Positions 13,017 to 23,349 of a stretch of DNA of 30,163 bases are shown here, piece by piece (positions within the stretch are counted from its first letter, which is position 1; each line of letters starts with the position of its first letter). Source of the stretch: Pseudovirgaria hyperparasitica. Its lineage: Eukaryota. The DNA lies in assembly GCA_010093815.1 (NCBI GenBank), contig ML996574.1, one strand, 5' to 3'. The notes under the pieces are model-generated. The model worked only from the letters and a program-made list of their open reading frames with translations. It made no database searches and had not been told where the DNA came from. A program made the position numbers and the translations under genes.

Positions 13017-13151
13017 GGTAGTCTATTCTTATTAGAACCGGTCTAATATAACCTATTCGCGTTGTTACGGTCACTGATTTAGCTTTATTAATCGCCGTTA
13101 AGGGTGGACGAATATTCCTTCCTTAGATCTCTAGCTAACGTGTATATATAG

Positions 13152-14464
13152 ATATCTAATACTAGTTCTATCTCTAAGCCTACCTCCTTCTCTCGTAAGA
13201 CTTACTCTAAAGGCATCGCCGCCTCCCTAGCTACGCCGGCTAAGAAGCCTACCTATCGCGGTAGCACGAAGGCGCGCTCTAAGTCGGAGAAGAGAGTAGC
13301 TAGGGCTACTACTACTACTGCCTCTACTACTAATATAGCTACTAGTCGCTCTAATCTAGGTAATTCTAGTACTAAACTTATGGATAAAGTGGTTATAGGT
13401 TCTCCTCTCACTCTAAAGCGTACGCCGCCTACTCTACCTCCTCTAGAGGATAAAGAAGATCTCGTTATAGACGATGATCGTAAGCCCTCGCGCTTACCTA
13501 CGCCACCGCCTCGCCGCTCTTTCTTCCGGTCTAATATAGACTAATTTAGTCGCTCTAGGTCCTTTTAGGACCTTAATATTCGCTCTAAACCCTAGCCTAC
13601 TAATAATAAGGCCTAGGTCGCTAAGAATACTAAACCTAGTCGCGGTTTACGCTATAGAAAAACGGCGAACTACGGTTTAATATACTATAAGTATATTAAG
13701 AGCTATACGGCCGGCTCTAAATATCTCTTTCGCTCTAACTCTAGTATTAGCTACTACTCTACTAACCGCGACGGGCCTATACGCCCTATCTTTACTCTAC
13801 CTACCCGCTACCGCCGCTATACCGTGACTAGTAAGACTTATCTATAGGTAAGTATAATAGGCTATCTTAATCTAGTATAATCTAAAGTGGTCCGTACTAA
13901 TATATTCTTAGGTTCCTATACGTATATAAGATATATATAATAACCTTCGTGTCTATAAGACCCTCGGGGGTTCTTATAGCCGCCTATCTACTATATAGAG
14001 GGAGTTTAGGGAGCGCTATAAGCTCTTCCTAGAGGTTATTAAAGTATAAGTTACGAGTACGTTAATTGTTTTTAACACCTATTGATTTTTCTAGCCGCCG
14101 CGAGATCCCTAGCGCCTAGGCTACCTATTCTAGGGAGTCTATTCTAGCTATAGAGGCCGTAGAGAGGATTTACTCTATCTCCCCCTATCCGTCTTACGCT
14201 ACTAATAGATCTTATAAGAGGTCTACTATTTCTCCCTCTAAGTCGCCTCGTAAGAGGGTATATATTCCCTTCTAGATTATTCTAGATTATATTAGCTAAC
14301 TTTAGACCTAGTCGCTACGCTCCGGCGCTTAAGGCTCTTCCCTCTAGGCTCTAACGGATCGGGTTATTACTCTAGAGGCTAAGGTTATTATCCTCCGCCG
14401 CTATATCGTGTAGTTAGAGAGGACTATACTAGAGATTAGAACGGATAATAAGATAGAGGAGTAG
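13152..14464 (+). pseudogene. Antisense four-exon gene inside element C, Cys-rich Zn-cluster-like protein with C-terminal coiled coil (~383 aa de-RIPed)
   Basis: Exons 13152-13847, 13912-14045, 14095-14257 and 14306-14464 total 1152 nt and stay in frame. Introns: GTAAGT..TACTAAT..TTAG (64 nt), (G>A)TAAGT..CTAG (49 nt), GTATAT..GCTAAC..TTTAG (48 nt). De-RIP motif MCHKCVKSY..EC..RCRRCTVTGKTCLQ|VP. Confidence 0.8.
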
Positions 14465-15068
14465 CTCTATGGTTCTGGCTCTATGTGTTGGCTCTATGCC
14501 TAGCTCTATGTATTCTAGATCTACTATAGGTGGTGCGCGCCGGCTCTATTTACCTGGCTTTTATCTATTTTAGTCCTTTTTAGACCGTTTAGATACCCAT
14601 CGGCTAGTTTCTAGTAATTTAATTCTTAACTTAATGATATTATATGTGCGCTCGCTTAGCTTATGACTATTAGTTTCTATATTCTAATTTTCCTTGAGTT
14701 ACCTAAGTGTAGGCACCGTATATAAATTAGTTTATCTCTATGAATTCTATTAGAGTACCTAAACTAGTAGTCTAGTAGTTATTGGTTCGGGTACTCTAAC
14801 CTTTTATGTTTCGTATTAAGAGTTTAATTCTATAGTAGGGTACCTTTTTTTAGGTTCTTAGTCCCATGTTTTTCTCGTGTATAATAGTCTATATTAGTCT
14901 ATTCTAGACTCTTCTATATTATTCTATTATAGTATGTCGCGTCGCGTTTCTAAAATGGTTATTTACGCTTTCTTTGCGTCTAGTAACCGTATAATACTTA
15001 AATTATAGGGCTACTATATAGAGTTTTCCTAGTGCGCGTCTGGATTTCCTAGTTTAGTACTTCATTCT

Positions 15069-18000
15069 CTACGGTATCCTTCTTCTTTTTACGATAACCG
15101 CGACGTCGCTATACTTATATTAATAATATACTATTCTATATCTTTTACTTATACGTAGCCATTATAGAACTTAAGATATATACCGCTAGTTTCTAGGTGT
15201 TCTTATTCTTAGTATAGTTCTTCTAACGGATTCTATATTTCTAAACACCGTCTTCATCGATCCTATATTCGATAATATGGTCTACTTCGAACACGTCTAG
15301 TCTATCTTAGGGTATAATAGAGTGTAACTACACGTTCGTGCGGCTATACACGTTAGGTCGAAATCTTTTAAGTAGTAAGACGTGGAATATATTATAGATT
15401 CTTATATTACTTTCTAAGTCGAGCTCGTAGGCTCTTATACTAATGCGACGTTTGATTCGGAAGGGACTAGCCATTTTATAATTAAGCTTCTTATTTACTC
15501 GCGACGTTTATATATTATAGATATTAAGAAGAACCTCGTCGCCCTTCTCGTACGTCTAATCCTTAGCTAATCTATTATAGTACTTTATATACGAGTTATT
15601 TACTTATTAGATTATAGCGTGATAGTTATATATAGTTTCGAAGATTTTAATCGCTAATTCCTAAGCGTAGACGTTCACGTCTATTATTCGATTAAATTAG
15701 ACCGTCTAAGGCTTAAAACCTATCCTTAGACTACGTCCGAGGTTCGCCTAGAAAGGTGTAATATCTATTATACTATAACGACTATTATTATATATAAACT
15801 CTACTATGCTTAGTAGGGAGGCCTAGTCGTCCTACTCGAAATTATAGAATACGTGTAGGTAGGCCTCGAGCGTCTAGTTCTATCGCTCTATCTAGCTATC
15901 TATCTAAGGATAAAATACTATAGATATGTTCCTATTTATACTTACCATTTTATAGAATAACGTCTAGAATTTAGATATGAAGGTACTTCCTCGGTCCGTA
16001 ATAATCCTTTTTAGTATACTATAGACCTTAATAATCTCGTTCTAGAACACCTACGCTAGTTTTTTAGATGTAATCGTCTTCTACACCGGGATATACCTAG
16101 ATATCTTTATAAGTCTATCTATAATAATAAGAATAGAATTATAACTTATTCTAAGCATCTCGCTTAGAGATAAGTTAACTATAAAGTCTATAGTAATATC
16201 TTTCTATATAAAGAGGGGGGCTAAAAGAGGCTATAAATTCCTATATGGCTTATGCCTAGGGGCCTTCGTTCTTTAATAAATCGGATAAGTAGCTATCTAT
16301 TCTTCGACGTACTTGGGTATATCTTCCTAAAAATAGTACTAACGAATTAAGCTTAGGGTACGTATATACCTAAAGTATCCTACTAGGTTAGCGTCATAGT
16401 ATTAGCTAACTATATTAAATCGCGCGTTACCTATCGGTATATAGTACTTTCTATTATAGTAAAGTAAGCCGTCTATAAAGGTCTACTTATAGTCTACTTT
16501 AGTCCGTAATAACCTATCTTACTATATTTTATATAACTTTAAAACTATCGGGTCTATCTTCTATAGATCCACGATTAACTAGGCGAGGTTAATTAGATAT
16601 TCATGCTAGGCATTATCGCCCTTCCCGATAGCGCTAATAAACGGCCTACTAGGGACTTTAGTACCGCGTCTTTAGTTACCGGCTTCGGTCTTAGAGATTT
16701 AATTACTAGTATCGACGTTAGTATCTTACTAATCGCCTAATAACTTAAAATCTAACCTCATCCTTAAGAGTTGGGTCTATAGCTACTCTAGGACCCTATA
16801 GCTACTATAATTCTAGGCGCCTTCTTTATAGTTAGGTCTTCTTAATATTCTATTAGCTAGGTTTATACTTCTAGGTTAATAGTAGATTATAAAGTAAAAG
16901 TTCGTAAGCTACTTAGTCTATCGGACCTATTAACGGTTTAAAACCGTCGTGCTTATAAACCCCTTTAAGTTATGGTAATTAGTTAGTAACTCGACGTTAT
17001 ATATAGTATCTTTAAGATAATATCGCCACTATTTAAACGACTCTACTATTACTAGTAGCTCTTGGTTATAGATAGTATATCTAGTCTTAATATCGACTAT
17101 TTTGCGTGAGAAGAATATAACTAGATACTATTAGACCTTTTTAGACTTAGTTAGTCTAGGCTAGAAGAGAATACCTAAGATTATAAATCCTAACGCGTCG
17201 GTTTCGACGCGGATAGGTTTAGTTAGATCGAAGTGTACTAGTAATAGGGCAGTTATAAATGCCTCTTTAATTTTCTTAAAGGAGGCCCTTTCGCCTTCTA
17301 ATAATTCTATAGGCTACGATTTAATATTACGCTATTTCTATCTACCGCGGACTATAATAGACGAATCTATAGTAGTAGTACGCGCGTTAAGCGGTGCTAC
17401 TAGCCGGGAGAAATGCTTAATAAATTTTTAGTAGTAATTAGTGAATCCGATGAAGACACGTATATCTTAAACCGATTTTAGTTTAGGCTAGTCCACGATA
17501 GTAGCGACTCTATCCCTTTCTATAGTTATACCTTAATTAGTAATAACGAAGCTAAGGAAGTTAACGTGGTCCTAGTGGAACTTATATTTAGATAGCTTAA
17601 TATATAGCTTATATTTTTCTAGCCTATCTAGGACTACGCGTACGTGCTAGATATATTCTTCTTTATTATTAGAGAAGATAAGGATGTTATCGAGGTATAC
17701 GATGCACGTTATATCGAGTAGGCCTACTAGCGCGTTATTAATATACGCTTAGAAGGTTCCTAGCGCGTTAGTTAGTCTAAAAGGGACTACTATATACTTA
17801 AAGTATCTATAACGGGTTCTAAACGCCGTTTTCCACTTATCGCCCTTCTTAATATATAGGCGGTAGTAGACGTCGCGTAGATTAAGCTTAGTAAAGATCT
17901 TCATGCGCTCTAGTCTATTAATAGACTCGGAGATAAGAGGTAGTAGGTAATGATTCTTTCGTATAATATTATTTAGGCTATAGTAGTCGATATATAGATA

Positions 18001-18825
18001 GAGACTCCTATTCTTCTTCTTTATAAAGAGGATTAGAGCTCCGGCTAGGGATATACTAGGCCTAATCTATTCTTATATAAGGTTCTTTTTAATGTATTCT
18101 CGGAGGACCTATAGCTCGGGTTCTAATAGAGGGTATATGGGTCCGTGTAGGGGTTATTAACCGTCTTCGAGGTTAATAGTAAGGTCGGTAGGTTAGTATT
18201 AAGGTAATTCGGACGAGTCGATTACTAACGCGATATATTAGTATATTTTATACTAATATAGTAGGTTTTCGTCTACTTTAATACTAAGCTCTCTATTTTA
18301 AGTAAGTAAGAGGACGTAGATAGCGGAGATTGCCTTTTTATAGTTCTTCTAGAATTATTCGTCGTCGACTAGCTATACTAGGTTCTATTATAGTAGGTAT
18401 ATGCGCTAGCCAGCTATTTTCTAGATAAAGTCTAGTTTCGGGTTATATTTTTCGAGCTACGGTATACCGAGGATCATATTAAAGGGACTATCTACCACGA
18501 TAAAGGTTAAGTAATAGGGTTTCTACTTCCCCCCGCTATCCTAGATACTATATTTAATAGTGTAGGTACCCTACGATTTAATGGGACCATCGATACCATA
18601 GAAGGTAGCACCTATTAGTACTTAAATATCGACGTTAAGTTCTCGTGCTTATTAAGTCGATATAACGTTAGTAGCTAAACCGCTATTAAGTATTACGGTC
18701 TAATATTATCTATAAGGGACCTCGATAGGCCTAGCCTATAGTTTAATATACTAGTTAGCTAGTTATCCCTCTATTTTAGTTACGCCTACGAGTCGTGAGG
18801 GTTCCTTATAGATAGTTAGTTTTTT
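15069..18825 (-). pseudogene. pol: Element C pol (PR, RT, RNase H, IN, chromodomain)
   Basis: LLDITCIVYLD(D)ILIFS (~17670-17722), an integrase core, and the chromodomain DVFEVDHIIE..KYRIR(W)KNY..T(W)(E)(P) at ~15200-15297. The true stop is uncertain and may lie further on. Confidence 0.93.
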
Positions 18826-20222
18826 ATATTATATACCGGGTAGTTAGACGCGATGTGTCCTAGCTACTAGCACTTATAGTATATAACTAACTTAGTATCT
18901 ATATTAGTATTCGGTGGTTTCCCTAAGCGGCATTCGGGTACTATATGGCCTATCCTACTATAGGTGTAGTAGGTGACTTTAGGTCGTTTATACGAGTCGT
19001 TTCTCGCGTCTTAATATATCGACTAGTAGAAAGATCCGCGGTATAGGCCTCGTCTTCTCGAGTTCGTAGAGTGGTAGCGCCCACGAGGTGTTCCGTGCGA
19101 TCTATTACTAAACCGGTCCTCTTTAGACGATTTCGTATCGGATTAGATTAATAGGGATAGTCGTGCGCCTATATAACGTTAGTTATTTATTATACGCTAA
19201 TGTCATTCTATAAGATTCGCGAGTGCCTAAAGGTTAGTAGGGATAGACATTATAAGGTCGATACGTTCCTTTATACTTAGGTTAAGGGACCTTTTAAAGT
19301 CGTCGTATTATCGAACCATATAATCTTCCTCGGCTTCTCTCTAAAGAGATTAGAGGTATTTAAGGAGTTGTAACGGGGATTATCTCTCTCGCTATTAAGT
19401 CTTAAAGATATGGCTCTAAGTCTATTCGCGTCGCTCGGCTCTGTCGCCGAAGTATTAAAGAAGGAATTCGGTGAACGTGTCCTAGTTATACGTATCCTTA
19501 GGGTGTTTAATTCGATGTACTATCTAACGTTTAGATAGCGTTAGGTCTAGGTAGTTCTATACGAACCTAATCTTATTACTATCGTTCGTGAATAGGTAGA
19601 AGAATTAGCTATACTAGTAAGCCTATTCGTGAAAGCTCCTCCTGGTTTTACCGTCGAAGTAAGGTAGTTTCTTAGGCTAAGGTAACTAGAATAGTAATGG
19701 ACTTGGTTGGACTGTTTCGGCTTAAGTTAGTCTATATTAGTATAGGTTAGTTACTACTAGTACTAAAGCGCGTAGTGCGGCTTCGAGTCTAGCGGTTCGT
19801 TCTTACGCTTTGTCGAGTTTACGAAGTTACTACTCGAGCTAAGCCTAACGCTACCTCTCCGCGTATAGCTTAGTATATACATTATTATAAGGCGTAGTTA
19901 ACGTTAGTCGGTTCTAACGAATTAATTCGTTAACGTTAATAGGGTCTAGTCTTATAGTAAGGATAGGTCTAGTATAGTATAAACTAGACCGCGATGGAGT
20001 ATAATAGACTCCTTCCTTATTATCTAGGTAATCTTCCACGGTTATACGGAATGCCATACTAGTTATTAGTATAATAGCCTATAGGGTATACTTATCGGTA
20101 GAGGTGGTCGTAGGGAGACTATTCTCTTTATTTAGATTTAGAGAGAGTCTCTCGTATAAGGTAGTACCACGGGTATTATAGCGTATAGTAGAAGCTATCT
20201 CTATAAGCTACCGTCGTGCTAT
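18816..20222 (-). pseudogene. gag: Element C gag with CCHC zinc knuckle
   Basis: ATA(ATG)-GCA-CGA-CGG start 18 nt from the 5' LTR, knuckle CYKC..PGHIASNC at ~18840-18883, and AAAAAAC-TAA at 18825-18816. Confidence 0.88.
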
Positions 20223-20239
20223 ATAGAGAGGAATTAAAA

Positions 20240-20477
20240 TGTAAAGAGTAAAGACGTAGGATAGTAGTCTAATAGTTCATAGAGAGACATAGGAATGTAT
20301 TTATAGAGTAATCTTACTCTTATACAAGGTTGATTCCTAACGAGTAGGAATCGGTTTATGCGGTCTACTTATATAGTAACCTCGCTTAACTTAGCTGACT
20401 TAACCCAGCTCTGGCCACTACGTGGCTACATGGATTAGAATGGTCTATATAGGTCTATTGTGGTTCCCGTCCTAATA
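20240..20477 (-). repeat. Element C 5' LTR
   Basis: Direct repeat of 12435-12672, with a minus-strand TATATAAG box at 20375-20368. Confidence 0.96.
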
Positions 20478-21156
20478 GTTAAGGTAGTTCTAGACGAATC
20501 TAATTTTATCGCTATTATTTATAAATAGATAGAAGAATTAGCTATATTAGTAAGCCTATACGTGGAAACTCTTTCTACTTTTACTATTGAAGTAAGGTAG
20601 TTTCTTAGGTTAGAGTAATTGGGATAGTAGTAGACTAGAATGGATCGTTTTAGTTAGTATAGGTCTATATAAATATAGATTAGTTATTACTAGAACTAAA
20701 GCGCGTAATATAGCTTTAAGTCTCGTAGTATATTCTTAAGCTTTATCGAGTTCGCGTAGTTATTACTTAAGTTAAACCTATTATTACCTCTCTTCGTATA
20801 GTCTAGTATATACGTTATTATAAGATATAGTTAACGTTAGGCGATTCTAACGGATTAACTCGTTAACGTTAATAAGGTCTAGCCTTATATTAAGGTTAGA
20901 TCTAGTATAGTTTAAACTAGACCGAGATAGAGTATAATAGACTCTATCCTTATATTTCTATAATATCTTCTATAGTTATATAGAATATTATATAAGTTAT
21001 CGGTGCGATAGTCTATAAGGTATAGTTATTAGTAGGGGTAGTTATAGATAGACTATTCTCCTCGTTTAGGTTGGGAGAAGGTCTACTATAAGAGGCGGTA
21101 CTATGAGTATTATAATAAGTGGTTAGAGCTATTTTTATAAACTACCGTCGTGCTAT
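20478..21156 (-). pseudogene. gag: Element B gag, N-terminal part
   Basis: Colinear with C ~19545-20222, with the same ATA-GCA-CGA-CGG start at 21156. Confidence 0.88.
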
Positions 21157-21173
21157 ATAAAGAGAAATTAAAA

Positions 21174-21659
21174 TATAAGGATTATAGACGTAGAATAGTA
21201 GTCTAATAGGTCATAGAAGGATTCGGGAATATATTTAAAAGTGTAGTCTACTCTTCTAATAAGGTTAATTTCTAAAGAGTAGGAATTAAGTGTATACGGC
21301 CTACTTATATAGTGGTCTCGCTTATTCTAGCTAGCTTAACCTAGGTCTATGTCAGGGCTAACACCAGGATAGACTCAACTATAATACTATGGTCTAGTAC
21401 GGTCCGTAACAGGACGGACCCAGGGTGAGTTAGCTAGAATAAGCGAGACCACTATATAAGTAGGCCGCACACACTTGATTCCTACTCTTTAGGAATTAAC
21501 CTCGTTAGGAGAGTAGACTACCCTTTGAAATATATTCCCGAATCCTCCTATAACCTGTTAGACTACTATCCTACGTCTACAATCCTTATAGTCCACCTAT
21601 TACGGACCGTACTAGACTATAGTAGTCTAGTTAAGTCCATCCTAGTGTTAGCCCTAATA
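21174..21659 (-). repeat. Element B 5' LTR, split by an inverted solo LTR (pieces 21174-21349 and 21591-21659)
   Basis: TATAAGG(TGTAAGG)...GCCCTAATA. The two pieces together are the reverse complement of 21350-21590. Confidence 0.9.
21350..21590 (+). mobile_element. Solo LTR of the B family (241 bp), opposite orientation
   Basis: TGTCAGGGC...AATCCTTATA flanked by GTCTA (21345-21349) and GTCCA (21591-21595), a 5-bp TSD differing by one RIP change. Confidence 0.9.
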
Positions 21660-22669
21660 GTAGAATAGCTTGTCGCTCGAAGTACACTACGTCGGGATAT
21701 TATTAGTATATACTAGGTAAATATTAGTATACTTACTAAGGCTATGGCTGGCGTACTATTAAGGATATATATCTCCTTTAATAGCTAGACGACACGATAG
21801 TAGAGATTTACCCTAATAGGGTATTTTATTTATTTTATAGGCGTAGAAGGTAAGACTATTATATCGTGAAGTTTAGCTACTAAGGAATAAGTCTACTAAT
21901 AAATATTACTACTATAGGCGAATTCCACGACTTTCTACTTAACCTACCAGAGATAATAGGTGCCTATATAGGCTTAAATTACGCTAAACTTACTCTCTCT
22001 ATACTTAATTAATATAACCTTATAGTAAAGAATATTAGCTACTTTATACTCGACTCTACTTTAAATAATAATACTACTATAGAGTATATTTATAAGGAAC
22101 TCTAGCTAGGAGTTAGCTCCGGAGACGATTAGCACCTAAATCTTTATATTCGGTACTTCTACTATATGATTAACCTTATTATAAAGAGTATCCTATTTAG
22201 GAAGGATAAGCTCGCTTATAAAGACGTACTAGATTCTAAAGATAAGGATATATTAATTAAGGAATGGCGTAGATTTAGGCCTCTTAGTACTCTTTTTACT
22301 ATTATCTAGTATATTAATACTCTAGAACGCTTACGGCGATTCCACGATATTTAGAGAGATATTAATAATAGTCTTCCTACGCTAGGTACGTTACCCTATA
22401 GTATATATCCTATTACTTACCTCTATAGACCCTAATTTTAAGCTACTAGATGTTATTACACCTATGAAGACATGATAGAATAGCTATATCTCCGCGATTA
22501 AGTAAGTAATCGAGCTTAGAGAAGCTCTCTACTAGTTCTCTTAATACTATATTAACATAGTTATATAATATAAGAGAGTAAAAGAGATAGAGATAAAGCG
22601 TAAGAAAGCTACGCGTATAAAGGCAGCCCGTGAGAGAAATAGGTATACTTAATTAAGTTACCTACCTAG
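21660..22669 (+). pseudogene. Fragment of a fungal hAT-superfamily (Restless/Tfo1-like) transposase with introns
   Basis: De-RIP motifs IHISFDGWTT (~21766), AHTG.NYA, GYF.LDSASNNDT (~22037), IRCFCHMINL (~22148), EWRRFGPLG (~22262) and KTRWNS (~22467). Introns at 21850-21917 (GTAAGA..TACTAAT..TAG) and 22386-22428. Confidence 0.88.
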
Positions 22670-22897
22670 TGTAAGAATAGGGTTATTGGATAGTAGTATA
22701 GTTAGATAGAACAATAGGGTATATTCTATTATAGAACGAATTACTACCGAACCCTTTCGGTAGGAATCCGAGAGTATATACATAAAGGGACGCCGATCTA
22801 TCTAGCATGTAACTATTTACTACCCTTTACGTTACCTCCTAACCCTATTAGCTAAGGTATATATAGGTTAGGTCCTACCTAAGGCTAAGTCCTAATA
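22670..22897 (-). repeat. Element D 3' LTR
   Basis: TGTAAGAATAGG...GTCCTAATA, preceded on the minus strand by the PPT AGAGGGAAGGGATAAT. Confidence 0.95.
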
Positions 22898-23349
22898 ATT
22901 ATCCCTTCCCTCTAGGAAGCTACCCTTAGCGACCTAGATTATTATCTATCTCTATATCCCTATCCTAAGTCTCGTAAGATCTTAGTTATTCTCTACGCTT
23001 CGTCTTAGATACTTACTAATATTTACTAATCTAAGATTTATATAAGCGTTTTCCTAATAAACTAGATTTTATCTATCTTAACTTCTTATATAGGTAAGAT
23101 TACCTAATTAGGCCTAGCGTATCACGTAATATAATTAGGTAAGCCCGGGTACTACCTATATTAAAATCTTTTCTTAGAAATATTCCTTTCTTTAAAAAAC
23201 TTCTTAACTCTTTATAGAGTTTTTTAGATTATTAGATATATTACCCGATCCTTATAGATATAGATTTATATAATTTACTAATTTTTATACCGTCCTTAGC
23301 TAGTAATAATATAATTCATAATAATCCGTATAAATTAATAATAATTATA

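Larger units (their letters stand above)
12435..20477 (-). mobile_element. Element C: complete 8043-bp chromovirus-type Ty3/Gypsy element nested in B gag
   Basis: Two 238-bp LTRs (12435-12672, 20240-20477) and a 5-bp TSD GTTAA (12430-12434 and 20478-20482). B gag resumes exactly after 20482. PPT at 12673-12689. Confidence 0.96.
8996..21659 (-). mobile_element. Element B: Ty3/Gypsy retrotransposon (related to C), interrupted by A, C and a solo LTR; its 3' part lies upstream of the window
   Basis: 5' LTR at 21174-21659 (split), gag at 21156-20478 plus 12434-11701, pol at ~11710-8996. Colinear with element C along its length. Confidence 0.9.

Noticed and set aside
14464..14510. CRISPR-like array
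   Set aside because: The repeats are only 8 bp with spacers of a few bases, the context is eukaryotic, and there are no cas genes.
8996..21172. Tandem or segmental duplication of a gag-pol block (B versus C)
   Set aside because: The LTR pair and TSD GTTAA show that C is a nested insertion of a related element. B and C LTRs are diverged.
21174..21659. MITE or DNA transposon with long terminal inverted repeats
   Set aside because: Fully explained by an inverted solo LTR with TG..CA-type ends and a 5-bp TSD inside the B LTR.
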